Notes: generated by a model not told the origin, from the sequence alone. A DNA stretch of 64,000 nt from Macrostomum lignano (GCA_002269645.1 NIVC01000080.1:273427-337426), one strand, 5' to 3'. Counted from the stretch's first letter, positions 49,140 to 62,500 are shown. Made by a program: numbers and translations.

Positions 49140-49619
49140 TGCATTCGATCTGGGGCGGTGAAGATTGCCATTCTTTTCATTTAGCATGCGCGACATGTTA
49201 CTATATTGTATTTTATATAGTGTTTCAGTGAAAGTTTCATTTTAATATTGTTTTATTTATTTTATTTACTCGGGTATGTAAATCTTAAGCCATTACTACA
49301 GGTAAAGTTCTTTTTCAACGCATGTTAAATCATTTTTCATATTTTTTTGACCTAGTCTAGAAAGCTATAATTATTTAAAAGCCAGGCCTAGTCTAGATTA
49401 TTATTACAAATATGCTTGGTTCAAGAAGAAACAAAAGAAAAAGTTCAGCTAATACCACTTGTGAGTAGTTTATAAAAAGTTGTCTTCCGGCTTATGAAAA
49501 AACAATATTAAGATGAAACTTTCACTGCACAACTACCTAAAATACAACAGAGTAACATTCTATACATGCTAAGTTATTTATAAGAAAATGGCAATCTTCA
49601 CTGCCTCAGATGGAATACA
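49140..49619. mobile_element. MITE-like element with ~38-bp imperfect inverted ends
   Basis: TGCATTCGATCTGGGGCGGTGAAGATTGCCATT pairs with AATGGCAATCTTCACTGCCTCAGATGGAATACA. Confidence 0.7.
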
Positions 49620-50274
49620 GTCATACATTTTGTGGCTGTAAAAAAGATTCTTTCCTATCTTTACAGTGTATTATTTCAGAAAATTGGCCTCCAAAAATTA
49701 CAATTATTACACTTGTAGGAATGTAGTAAAATGAGAAAAAATGCGAATGTACACGAGACAGCGACTACTATTAAATAGTAATAATGAAAACTGGTACTGT
49801 ACTATACTTTTTGGACAAGTTAGTGTCTATTGACATTTTCGTACTGTCTTGCTATTTTAACTTTGTATATTAATTGTCCGCTTAAAGCTTGCGTACAATA
49901 GCTTACAGCTTTTTCTCAATAAAATTTCCAAAAAGTTAGTAACGTTAGATGGATTTTTCTACGAAAGTGCTCTATTTAAAGCCAGCTTGAACGATATAAT
50001 ATATCTAATCATTTATAGTGATTTTTAATCAATTCCAACAATCTGAATATAAATGTAAGCTGAATGTAATCTAAAATGTAATGTAATCTGAATCTAATCT
50101 AAGCTTTTCCAACAATTTCAACAAGCCTGCGGATTTTGTGTTGACAGCGCAGTGGAGACACGTAAGTTCAGTTTGTCTCTCAATTTGCTCGCCTAATTCT
50201 TTTTCTATCCCACTGAAAACGTTACCAAGACTCGTTACCTTACTATGAGTCGCTAGAGTCTTTGCAAACAACTC

Positions 50275-50550
50275 TATAATGACTATAGCAATTCTAGGAC
50301 GACTCTTGCGACTCTTTAACGACTCAAACGACTGCAATGCTATGGAGAGGCAACTGTTGAGTCACGAGCGCATTGAGTCATGAGTTGCAGAATTGTAAAA
50401 GTGTCGCGAAGAAAGTTTTCCAAAAGTTGTGCTAGCGCTCAACTATCTACTAACTCAAGTAGACTAAATATAGAGTTGTTATAAATGCCAAGTTGTTTCA
50501 TGCAACGACTCTGAGGCGACCAAAGAGGCTGGGACGCTTCTTGGCCTTGT
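50275..50550 (+). repeat. CGACTC-rich interspersed repeat, copy 3 (internally deleted)
   Basis: It is near-collinear with 45330-45535, then jumps to the element's distal end. Confidence 0.8.
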
Positions 50551-51613
50551 TAACGTTTTTATCGCGTATTAATAAGCGAAGAAACATGATGCAGACCTAA
50601 TCTATACTACACCATTGATAATTTAGTGAGTGATCATCATTTTGGTATGTGCTTTTGATTTATTAGTTATTCATCACTGTTTACATTGGCAGGGTCCCCA
50701 GATGCTCAACTTAGAACGCATAGTTTAGATTTAAAAAATTGTAAAAGTAAATGTGATGTGATGTGCTTTCTATTATCTATACTACACCTCGGATTCACGG
50801 TTAGCAACTGACAGGTTAAATAATATCTGATGCCATTGTTATGTGGTTTGTAATTATAAGATTTATTTGCAACTCTCATAAGCTACCCCACTCAGCGCTC
50901 ATTTCTCTACGAGCTTCTCAATTCCCGTCGAATGTCACAAGAATATTCACTAGCTCTGTGAGCCACTTTGTCCTAACCAGATTATCCATAGTTTTATCTA
51001 TGCTATTTATGTTTTTATTAAATAAAATCCTAAGCATCTTTTAGGTACTCAGCGGCTGTAACTGAATTTCAGATCTGTTGCTCAGGATTAGCAACTAATG
51101 CGCCCTTTACTAATATTCCGGCAACATGCAGACGAACAAAAAGGTTTTGTAAGTTATTAAATTTGCTACTTAGTTTCTGTATTTGCTAATTGTGAATATA
51201 AAATCTAGTACCACAGTATGCACACTGAGTATACACAGTAGACTTAGTAGATTCCTAAATTTGGATTAAGTCTAAATGATGTACTTAATCTACCTTGTCT
51301 TTTGTTCTTTTACAGAGAATTTCTAAATACGCTTAATTTCTCTGATCAAAAATATATTTTGTGCATATGCCAAAATAAGTTGATGGCTGTTTTTTTACTG
51401 GCTAATAACCTTGCTTCTAAGTTATTAATTCTTTTTCCTAATTTGAAGCTGATTATAGGTGCTTTATATATGTCGTATGTGATTGTCAGAGATTTTAAAT
51501 ACAGCATTTAATTACGAGCTCGTAGTTTTGCCACTTAATTATGATAGGAAATCTGCCATTCTGAAATAATTTTAAGTGCATAAATCTGAGACACTATATT
51601 CACGAAACTGTAG

Positions 51614-51820
51614 GGGGTTATAGCCCAGTGGTAAGAACGTCGGACCCTCGACTGAAACGTCGGGGGTTCGACTTCCCGATCCCACTTGGAACAATGTGTG
51701 TCCTTGAGCAAGACACTTAGCCCTGAATTTCTTCAGTTCCCCCAGCTGCAAAAATGGGTGCCAGCATTAGCTGAGGTAATTAATGGTGTTTGTGGCGACC
51801 CCCAGTCCTTGGACTGAGCA
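51614..51820 (+). mobile_element. SINE family A copy
   Basis: A box TAGCCCAGTGGT and B box GGTTCGACTTCC are present, with GTCCTTGAGCAAGACACTT. Confidence 0.85.
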
Positions 51821-52004
51821 CATGCCCATGTGCCAAATCGCACATGCCCATAAGGGCAGGTGCAATAAAAAATGAAAACTGTAATTAAAAATCTTCGCAA
51901 AAATATCGAATAGCCGTGTGTTGTGCTAGCGGCTATCGCAAATGTTAAAGTCGCAGTCAGACATAAAAAATTCGTCACATTTCAGCCGTCACCAATCGTC
52001 TTGC

Positions 52005-55000
52005 ATGGAACTCACCGTGTGGCCTGGCCGATGGGACTCGGCATCCATGGATCCCGACTGCTTAGCCTCTCTCGCCTATGTCCGCTTCTCCGGCGCCCCG
52101 GTGCAAATCCGGCTGCACAACCGGCCAGCTTTGGTCACCTCTGTCACAACTTCGCCGCGCCGCCTGTCTGAGCTGCCCCGGCTTCGTCATGCTGGCAATT
52201 CTATCAACGGCGGCTTCAATCTTGAGCACTTGTTTGCCTATCTACGGAAAGAGAACTATGGTGTTGAGTACGACTTTAGCGAGGACCAGCTGGTTCGCAT
52301 GACTGCACTGATGCGATCAACTCGCGCCCGATTGGCGCCCGCTGTTGCTCAATTATTGTGGCTTGAGGCTAGCGTCTATACTCGAGTCACTAGGCCGGCC
52401 TTTGCTGAGGCTGTTGGCTTGCCAGCCTCCCTAGTGTATCCGGTGTACCGGCATCATGCCACTCGAAACCGGTTGCTAGCCAGCTTTGGCTACGATTTAG
52501 CGCGCGTCAGTGAAGACGCTCTGCTTCAACAGGTTAGAAATTTCTATTGCATCGCCTTGTTTATTACCTACATATACTCAGCAAAAGTTCCACCCTCCAA
52601 ATTGCGAAAACTTCACACTCACAATTCAACCCTCAAGTTACGTAACTAAGCCGCCGCGAGGAAGGGAAAGTTGATTGAATATCAATACTCGTAGTAGAAT
52701 CATAAATTTTTATGCAATATTCAGTTAGAATCGCGATGCGTGTGGGATCCCCTCGCACGCAGAAGTGCGACGACTCTGCGGGGCATCCCAGGATGAGGCA
52801 GCGCAGAAAGTCCTGGGGAAGCTGCTCCGAAGCGTTTTCAATGGCATGACGCAGAGCTCTCCGCAACATTCTATGGTGGATTCTCTTTTCGAATGCTACG
52901 TTTTAGGAAGTCCCAGACATGCTCGATGGGATTCATGTCTGGGGACCGGGAAGGCCAGCGCAGAGTGCGCAGCTGTAGCTGTTCCTTCAGTTGACTAACA
53001 GCATCGGCTTGGCGTGGCGGGGCGTTGTTCCTGGGCTTGGGTCTGCTTAATGTCCAGGCCTGGACCATTAAGCAGACCCAAGCCACCCCCAAGCGGCAAT
53101 AAGCTTTGCGCGTGCCGTAGGTTGCGTCACTCGCAATAAGTGAAAAAATCATCTGGCTTAGTGGGGTGGAACATTTGACTGTTGCAGAGTATATGTAGGA
53201 GAGTTCTTAAGCTTGGTTTGGGGGGGGGATCGGCTCAGTGGTGAACTCGTCAGACTCTCGCGCCACTGTCGCGGCTTCGATTCAGTGCCTAACCGCATTA
53301 ATTTTTATGGCTTGAGTTCAATAGATTGGCCGGAGGCTTTTTGTGCGGCTCGCACTCATGAGGGTCATGAAGGCGCAAGGCATTACAAAATCAGGGCCTG
53401 CTGTACGAGTGTGCGCTTGTATGTGCTCTCAGGAGTCAGCGGAATGGGTAGAAATGCCTCACCACTGGTTGCAAGACAATGTGGCTGAAGTTGTTGCGCC
53501 AGGGTGCCCGCAGCCCTCCTAAGTTTTGAGTTTCTATTTTTTTAGAAAAACATATAGATGCTTACTGCAGAGTGTTGAATTGCAGGGTTATAAGCAAAAC
53601 TGCTTAGTCACATATTGCGCATTAATGATTACCCGTTACTTCATGGTTCTATTAAACCTTTTCATGTCCTGTTCGGTTTTTTATTCATTCAATTCGGTGC
53701 GTGCCCGTCACAAGGACCACTAGAAGAAGAAGGACGGGACACTTCGTTTCTTGGAAAATTTATTAAGGGCTGATTTTCACGGAAAAATGCACTAGCGAGA
53801 CAGGAACTTTTCACTTTTTTTCACTTTTAAATGGTGATAGGTTTTTATTGGAAGCAGATACAAAGCTCTTCTTTTGATATAACTTACAATTAAAAAACAT
53901 TTGGCTATAATTATATGCCCAGGTCTAGGCATAGTTAGTATAGCTAAGGTAGCGACATATTTAAATACTTATTTTATATAAAAAGTATAAAACTAAAATG
54001 AATAAGCAGTGAATTGAGCATATAATTATAGCCAACTGTTTTTTTAATGATATATTGCTAATAAATAGATGCATTCGATTAAACAGATATTGTAAAATTC
54101 AAGTTAGTCACTAGTTAGCTTTAGACTATAATTGCTGCATGATATAGCTAGTAACTAAAATAATATGAAGATCAATTATTCATGAAAAAATCTTAATAAA
54201 ATCCGTCGAAGCAACACGTTTTGTAAGTTATATCAAAAGAAGAGCTTTGTAATCTGCTTCCAATAAAAAGCTATCACCATTTAAAAGTGAAAAAAAGTGA
54301 ATGAAAAGTTCCTATCTCGCAAGTGCATTTTTCCGTGAAAATCAGCCTTTAATAAATTTTCCAAGAAACGAAGTGTCCCGTCCTTCTTCTTCTAGTGGTC
54401 CTTGGCCCGTCAGTGCCAGTGTGGCGTGGCAGCGGGGTAAAGATCTGACACAGACTAACCATAAAAAGCCATAGACAACAGAGATCAATTTGGTTTTAAC
54501 CGCGAGCAGCTGGAAGGCATGGCTAAAGCAAGGAATTCTTTAGAAGAAAGCACCAATAGACTGCCAAATGTATTCTCAGCGTCCTAGAATTGGTTATTTT
54601 CAATCGTTCAATAAAAAATACTTTTTTTAATTTGTAGGTGACAGCAAATGGAGTTGATTGCATTGATCAGCTGTCCCAGGTGTTGGACCAAGCACGCTTT
54701 TTTGTGTCCGAGTCTGGGCCCTGCTGCCTTGATGCCATGGTATTTGGCTATCTATGGCCTCTGCTGAAAGCCCCACTAACTCAGTCCAATCTCAGCTCTG
54801 GTGAAGTTCCGGCTCTGTTACGCAAGCTGCGCCAACACCGCAACCTTATAGAATTTTGTCAGCGCATTCAGCGAGTCTACTTTCCCGAGCTGTCTTCCGC
54901 AGTCGGCTCCGCTAGTGCTGCTGGCGGTGATGACGCTTCTTTAAAATCTGGCTCTGATGGCGCTGTGTTGCGAAATGCTGGTCTATTTTTGGTCATCACT

Positions 55001-55057
55001 AGCGCAGTTTTTGGACTTTACGCGTGGCAGTCGGGCTGGATTGTAGTGCAACCTTAA
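52005..55057 (+). CDS. MTX1: Metaxin-1/3 family mitochondrial outer-membrane SAM-complex protein, 2 exons, ~315 aa (52005-52532, 54638-55057)
   Basis: Motifs: MELTVWPG.W, LAYVRFSGAP, YLRKENY, LW.EASVY..VTR..FAEA, LDAMVFGYL, NLIEFCQRI..VYFP. It ends in a C-terminal hydrophobic anchor as in metaxin-1. The junction is phase-0 GT-AG. Confidence 0.88.
52700..53155 (-). mobile_element. Decayed Tc1-like transposase fragment in the metaxin intron
   Basis: It reads RNNAPPR (decayed QDNAPPH), then WPSRSPDMNPIEHVWDFLKR, then LRRALRHAIEN...PQDFLRCLI. Confidence 0.8.
53222..53520 (+). mobile_element. SINE family B copy
   Basis: The head GGCTCAGTGG...GCTTCGATT and the core GGAGTCAGCGGAATGGG are present. 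Confidence 0.75.
53711..54404. mobile_element. P-element-like MITE: ~180-bp TIRs starting CAAGG, perfect 8-bp TSD
   Basis: 53711-53889 is a near-perfect reverse complement of 54221-54404. The TSD GCCCGTCA lies at 53703-53710 and 54405-54412. CA...TG ends with an 8-bp TSD fit the P (or hAT) superfamily. Confidence 0.9.
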
Positions 55058-55479
55058 GATATGTGGCTATTTTCGTATTCAGCTTAATCTGTATTCCTAG
55101 TGAATATTAAAATGCCGATTATTTTCCTAGAATCGTCAATCTTGTCATCAAATTAAAAAACAGAAGTTCGATGGCCTCTGTTATGGGCTTTATATGACAT
55201 TTTCTGTTTGCTTAGTGTTGCATTCCCATACAGTGTAGGCCTTGGAAGTTCACATTGAAATTATGGTCATTCACCTAGCTCTATTAGACTTAATGGTTTA
55301 ATGTGAAATATATGCAACTGAAGATAATGAGGCAATCTAATCGGCGTAGAGTCTTTTATATTTTAGAACTTTTTCAAGTTGCCTTTCTAATTGTGAAAAT
55401 TTCATCATCTTGCTTTTTGTACTTTTGGTATAATAGAATTTTGATAAGTATATAAAAATGGATGTTAACCTAGAGTTTA

Positions 55480-55703
55480 GGGTGTAGCCTAGTGGTCAGA
55501 GCGTCGGATTCACGACTCGAAGGTCGGGGGTTCGATTCTTGACTCACTCGAAACAATTTGTGTCCTTGAGGAGGTCACTTAACTCTGCATTGCTTCAGTC
55601 ACCCAACTGTAAAATGGGTAGCAGCATTAGATGGGGTAATTGAGGGTGTGTGGTCCCCCCCCCCCAGTCCTTGGACTGAGCAGCCGTACGCAGCCTTCAG
55701 ATG
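55480..55703 (+). mobile_element. SINE family A copy
   Basis: A box TAGCCTAGTGGT and B box GGTTCGATTC are present, with the CORE-like ...CTGTAAAATGGG. Confidence 0.85.
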
Positions 55704-55977
55704 CGCCGCGCAATAGCTGCGGCTGCTCTATCGGTTGCAAATCTGCCCATTGGGGCAGGTGTAATCAATGATGATTAAATGAAATATGAATAACAGAAAT
55801 ATGAAACCTACCTAAACTGGAATGTGAAGTCCAAATTCAGGATGTCAGTGACACAAGCTGTGACAAAAAACCTAGACTTTAAAGTGTGAATGGTATAGGT
55901 TCGGCAATCAAACTATGACTCAATGTTATGCTAAGAAAATCTGAATGCCCGCCATGTTTCAGCTGGCAAATGCCAAA

Positions 55978-58900
55978 ATGCATCTCATTCCTTTGAACTC
56001 CGCTAGCCTACAGGAGACAATCGCCACCGAGTCTCAGGGGCATCTTGTCGTGATTATGTTTAGCGCGTCCTGGTGCCAGCCGTGCAATCGAGCCAAGCCG
56101 CTAGTTAACGTTATGGCCTCGTGCCTGTCGGACGTGTCCTTCGGTGTATTAGTGTCGGACGAGAGTCCCGCCAACGAGGCTTGCGCTATGTCGTTCGACG
56201 TCAACGCTTTTCCTACTATCATTCTCTTTCTGGATGGTCAAGAGGTAAATGCATTGTATTTTGGCATAAAATCGCAACTTTGCATCAGATAGTAAAAAAA
56301 TTATTATCATTTTCATTAGTTTTACATGTACAATGATGCTATAAATAAATTGATGAACTACTAGTTCAGTAGTAATAAAGAATTCGTAAGCTTTTTTTAT
56401 ATAAAAATATAGGCCGTTGGTGTGACTTGCAGACGTAAACTGCTTACTGTTGGGCCCAGCCGTAATGTACATTAGCCAGCGCTTAATCAGTGAGCAGGGG
56501 GGGCGCCCTGATTGCTCCTGAACATGTACAATGACAGCCTTAACAGCGTAGGAACACAGTCACTACGCTCGTATCATTGGTCTACAGACATGTGCTTCAG
56601 ATGAAAAATCCATATCTCGGTCACTTGAACAATTCAATATCAACAGTGTCATAAAGTTACTAATATTTGCCTTGTTTAGCGACAAACTTAAGCTGCTTTT
56701 GAATGAAATTTAAATTGCTACTTTTATCTAAAAGCGATCTAAATACGATCTAATCCTATCTGCAACTTCTGCAACATTTGAAACGATTTTGCGACTAATT
56801 AAAACATACTAGGTGTGGCGTCAGCGCGGCTTCAACCAGTTAGAACTGATTAACCGTATTCAGCAGCTGAGACCTCAGCTCGATGAATGCGTGGCTGCTT
56901 TGCTGGAGAATGAGCCAGGGCTGGCCCGGTCTGCCGCTAACATTCTGCTGCGCATAGCGGACAACATCTTGGCGCACCCGATAGAAGAGAAATATCGCCG
57001 ATTGAAAGTGTCCAGCAATACCGTGTCAGAGAAGCTGCTGCCAGTGTCTGGCGGCATCGAGTGCCTATTCGCTATGGGCTTCACAGACGATGCTGGCGGT
57101 AGCAACAATGGCGAGTACTTTGAGCTGGCTCCCGGACCTCTGGTTCGCGTTGCCAAGATACGCAACCAGCTAGTGCGCGTAGTTACCGATTCTCGTCATC
57201 TGCCCAGTATCTACGTGAACATGATTCCAGCCCTGGCGTCGCCCAAGGCTACCAATCATCAGCTCGTGTTTAGTCTGATGTCTCACCTCAGCGGCATGCC
57301 AAAATATGAAGATCCCGGCCTGCAGGTAAAGCATATGCTATTTAATGTTTCATGTAGGTTCATTTTTTCATGCTATTTATGGCCTGCATTGCCTGCTAGC
57401 CCGCTTGCTGGGCTGGGAAACGTCCGGCTGGCAAATGGCCGGCTAGGAAATGTCTGGCTGGCAAATGGCCAGCTAGGATACGGTTGTCTGGCAAATAGCC
57501 ACCTGGTAAAGGTCTGGCAAATGGCCAGCTAGGATACGGTTGTCTGGCAAATAGCCACCTGGTAAAGGTCTGGCAAATGGCCAGCTAGGAAACGGTTGTC
57601 TGGCAAATAGCCACCTGGTAAAGGTCTGGCAAATGACCAGCTAGGACACGGTTGTCTGGCAAATAGCCACCTGGTAAAGGTCTGGCAAATGACCAGCTAG
57701 GACACGGTTGTCTGGCAAATAGCCACCTGGTAAATGTCTGGCAAATGGCCAGCTAGGACACGGTTGTCTGGCAAATAGCCACCTGGTAAAGGTCTGGCAA
57801 ATGGCCAGCTAGGAAACGGTTGTCTGGCAAATAGCCACCTGGTAAAGGTCTGGCAAATGACCAGCTAGGACACGGTTGTCTGGCAAATAGCCACCTGGTA
57901 AAGGTCTGGCAAATGACCAGCTAGGACACGGTTGTCTGGCAAATAGCCACCTGGTAAAGGTCTGGCAAATGACCAGCTAGGACACGGTTGTCTGGCAAAT
58001 AGCCACCTGGTAAAGGTCTGGCAAATGGCCAGCTAGGACACGGTTGTCTGGCAAATGACCAGCTAGGACACGGTTGTCTGGCAAATAGCCACCTGGTAAA
58101 GGTCTGGCAAATGACCAGCTAGGACACGGTTGTCTGGCAAATAGCCACCTGGTAAAGGTCTGGCAAATGACCAGCTAGGACACGGTTGTCTGGCAAATAG
58201 CCACCTGGTAAAGATCTGGCAAATGACCAGCTAGAAAAATAGGTAGCCAGCTAAGTGTATTTCACTTTGACAGAAAATCTTACCAATCGGAGTTCGATGT
58301 ATTTGCAAGGCGGGAGAAAGCGGGAAATGTTTGAGTAAATTTCTGCTCTTTGCTTCTTCCAGTCCCGAGCTCGCGAGTGCATACCTTTGACGCGTTTGGA
58401 GGAAGCCGCCAGGACGCAGGTGCGCCAGCAGCTGTCAGCTGGCAACAGCGGAGGGTGCCAATTGACTGAGGCGCAAGTCCCAGCAGCTGAGCGAGATGCA
58501 CTGCTGTGCGAGTTAACGGCTTGGTTTAAGGTGCGACTCCTGTAATATTTTGTTTTTTATGGTAGTCATTTCTTTTCGAAGTATTTATGCAAGAATTTTT
58601 AAAAACAGGCATTAAAATTGATTGATTCGGTGAAAAAATGTTTTTTTGAAACAAGATTTTGCCGCTCCCAATATCAAGAACTTGTGCAGATAAATTAATC
58701 TTGTTTCTCCGTCTGAGTTGGTCCGCCTCGACCCCCTTTTTGGTTAGGGGGTGTCTTTTCCATGTTTCCCGTGTTCCTGAGAGTTGGCCATGCAACTCCT
58801 ACCACCCAAGTTGGCGCTTTATAGGCTCAGATTTATACTCAAGTTTGCACCAGATCGATGGTCTCCGGCAACGAGCTTTTTCCTTGCGCGTTTAATTGCA

Positions 58901-59232
58901 GCCCAACCGCAGCGATGTTATCATATATGTAATGGCAGGAAGGTTGTGGGCACCCTGGCACAACCGCCTTTGGTGACATTGTCCCACAGCCAGCGCTGAC
59001 GGCAATTCTGCCCATTCCGCTGACTCCTGAGCGCATGCAAGCACGGCAGTGCTGTATGCAAGCACGCACTCATACGGAGTGTCATCTCTATCCATCCATC
59101 TATCTATCTATCTATCTCTATCTATCTATCTATCTATTTATCTATCTATCTATCCATCTATCTATCTATCTATTTATCTATTTATCTATTTATCTATCTA
59201 TCTATCTATCCATCTATCTATCTATCTATCTC

Positions 59233-59286
<54 letters not shown>

Positions 59287-59353
59287 CATCTATCTATCTA
59301 TCTATCTCTCTATCTATCTATCTATCTATCTATCCATCTATCTATCTATCTAT

Positions 59354-59410
<57 letters not shown>

Positions 59411-59451
59411 CATCTATCTATCTATCTATCTCTCTATCTATCTATCTATCC

Positions 59452-59502
<51 letters not shown>

Positions 59503-62500
59503 CATCTATCCATTCATCCATCCATCCATCCACCTATCTACTATCTATCCTCGTAAACACGCTCACACGGTGTGCACAGCTGCACTGACTTCAAATAGTC
59601 GAGCATGTACAATTTCATGGCTGTGAATCGCACGTCAACCTCTGGCCAAATTTTCGTTCATCAGTCCCAGATAAATGTGGCCGCGCACCGAATAAAATTC
59701 GGGGTCTCAGAGTCAGACACTTTTATCGTTGAGCTACCCTGGCCCATTCCACGGCGATATATTCAAAACCGTTTAAACCCATGTATATTATTGAGTCTCC
59801 GTCTAACCGCAGACTGAGTTCTTCAAGTGGACAACAGCCCCAAGTGCAGCGTGTGCCATCAGGACTGCCAGTCCAGCAGCAACGCCGCCAGCCTGCCGCC
59901 TAACGAAGAGGAGCGTCGCTACGGCGCCATTCGGGTCGAATCACACTATTGTCAGCGGTGCCAACGTGTGGAACGATTTCCGCGCTACAATCATCCAGAG
60001 AAGCTGCTGCAAACCCGGCATGGTCGCTGCGGAGAGTGGGCTAATTGCTTTTATTTGCTGTGCCGCGCGCTCAACTTCGATACGCGCTTCACTTATGACG
60101 TCACCGACCACGTGTGGGTGGAAGTTTTTAGCGAGCTGGAGCAGCGCTGGCTGCATGTTGATCCGTGCGAAAATCTCATCGATGCCCCACTGGTGTACGA
60201 GAGCGGCTGGAAGAAGTCGCTTAGTTTTGTATTCGCCATGTCGCATGAAGAACTTGTTGACGTGTCGTGGCGCTATTCAGCGGAGCACAAGCAGCTGCTG
60301 ACTAAGCGGCGCGTCAATGAGATCTGGTTGGATCAGGTTGTCGATTGTCTGGAGCGCACCCTTCAGGTTAGGGGGCCAAATCATTTTTTAACCATATGCT
60401 TTGTGTTGGTTGTTAGCTTGCCAGTCCCATGAGGGCCAGCTCCCAAGCCACAGAGAAAGTCAATGCCACTGTACACCCTGTGTCCTAAGAGTCCCTTTCT
60501 AACCTTGATACGTAATGAGAGGGCGTAGCCCAGTGGTCTAGTGCGGCACTCTGATGTGCTCAATTTCAAGTACAGTCATATTACCGGTATTTGGGGGAGG
60601 GGGGGGGGCTAAATTAGAATCTCGGCTTGACTGCTCGTGCAATTTACGCCCTTGAGAGCCAAGCCCCAAGGCACAGTGAAGTGTACATGCCTAACGATAA
60701 ATAAAGTTAGGGCCGCTGTACACTTCTGTGTGAGTGTGTGCCTGTGCGTATGACTGCGTACGTATCCACGCGCTTGTGTGCCTGCTCAGGGGAGTCGGCG
60801 GAATGGGCAGCAATGGCCGGTTGTGACAATGTCGCCTGAAGTGCGCCAGGGTGCACACAGCCCCTTGTCTCTAATACTCGTAGAAAACCTTGATACGCAA
60901 CCTTAAAGACAGGAATACCTGCTTGTTTTGCTTTTCCAGTTTATTATATTTCATGTGATCCCCAATGACACAACAGAACGATTATCTGCACCTGGGCACC
61001 GAACGCAAACGTCTTCTGCGCCTTCGACGCGTTCATGAGATTGTTGAGTTCCTTACGCCGCGTCGACTCGGCGCCAACTCTGCTGAACTACAGGGCCGTC
61101 AGAGCGGCTCCCTTGTTTGGCGCCTGAACCGCGGCGAAACCTCGACCACTGCAGGCTCCAACGATACGTCTAGACACGACTTCAAGTTTACACCGAATAG
61201 CTATGAAGCTGCTGTCGGCAAAATGTGCCTCACCTACGATCCGTTAAGGATGTCTATCAGCGCGCAGCCGGTAACAATGTCGATCCATTTCTGGTTGGCA
61301 TGCCTGCTTAAACCGGTGCAGTAGGCTGGCACGGAAGCTCGAGTCAGACTGGCAGATGGTCTATCTCTGCCGGCCAGAGGGCTGTCCGTCAGGAACTGAT
61401 GGCGAGGCTTCCTGGCTGATCGACCTCGCTGGCAGCGGCTTCGTCGTTGGCAAAATCTGTGTAAACGCTGAGGCCAAGATTTTGATGGCTCGGCTAGCGT
61501 TCGATGGTCGCTTGGAACTTGATGGAAGCCAAGTCGCCGAGTCAAAAGCTGAATGCTTCCGCTTCGAGACTCAGGGTGGCGGCGCCAAATCTGTGAGAGT
61601 CACGGCTCTACTCGCTGGCGGCCAGGGCGACTTGGCATGGCAGAAGTGTCAGTTGTTTCGCCGCTCACTGGACGGGTACGGCAATGTGCAATCAAAATCG
61701 CCATTTTTGCTTAGTGATAACTAATGTGTAAACTAGGGCAGAGCTATGACTATTAGAAAGTCAGTGCATTTGTACATCCTGTATGATCGTGTGTATGAGT
61801 GCGTGCCTGCGTACAGTATTGGCCTGCTTGCATGTGCTCAGGAGTCAGCGGCACGGACAGAATTACCTTAGCGCTGATCGTTAGTAAACTATGCCAGAGT
61901 TTTTCTACTAAAAGTAGACGGTAGGGAGAGTGGCGCGATAAGCTTGCTTTGTGGGCAAAGAAATTACGCCATGCGAGAGCGCTGGAGTATACAACTCGAA
62001 GTTTTGTTTAACCTGGCTAATTGAGTCTAGCCTTGGTCTTAGTCTTGGTGTTGACCAGCATCGCCTGGGTTCGATTCCACTTTTTGCTTGTTGAGACAAA
62101 TTTTCTGATAATAAAACACCATCGCAGATCTGGAGGTTCGCCATTCAGTTTCATAGTGGAGCTGCAGCCGGACTCATTGACTGACGAAAGCGCTTCATCA
62201 GCAGTTCCAGCGGCAAAAGCACGGGATGCACGGTCATCAAACACGCCTGCTCCAGCATCTTCATCGTCTGCATCGGGCAGTGCGTCTGACAATGCTGCAT
62301 CCAGTCTGAGCACCATCGATCAGTCAGGAAAAGCAGCCAATGTTGATGGCGCTGGCGACAGCGGCCGCGGTGGGTACGTTATCACGCCAACGGAACGCGA
62401 ATTAGCCAGCGGTCAGTTGGCCCTGACCTACGACATATTCAGCGATAAGTACACCAGATCTAGCGATGATCATTCGGCAACCATCGGTTGGCGCAGTTGC

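Noticed and set aside
41725-55560. tRNA-like sequences at 41725, 51614 and 55480 as tRNA genes
   Set aside because: They have A and B boxes but no convincing acceptor stem, and all continue into a shared SINE body.
59035-59588. YLSI-repeat ORFs
   Set aside because: They are translations of the (TCTA)n microsatellite.
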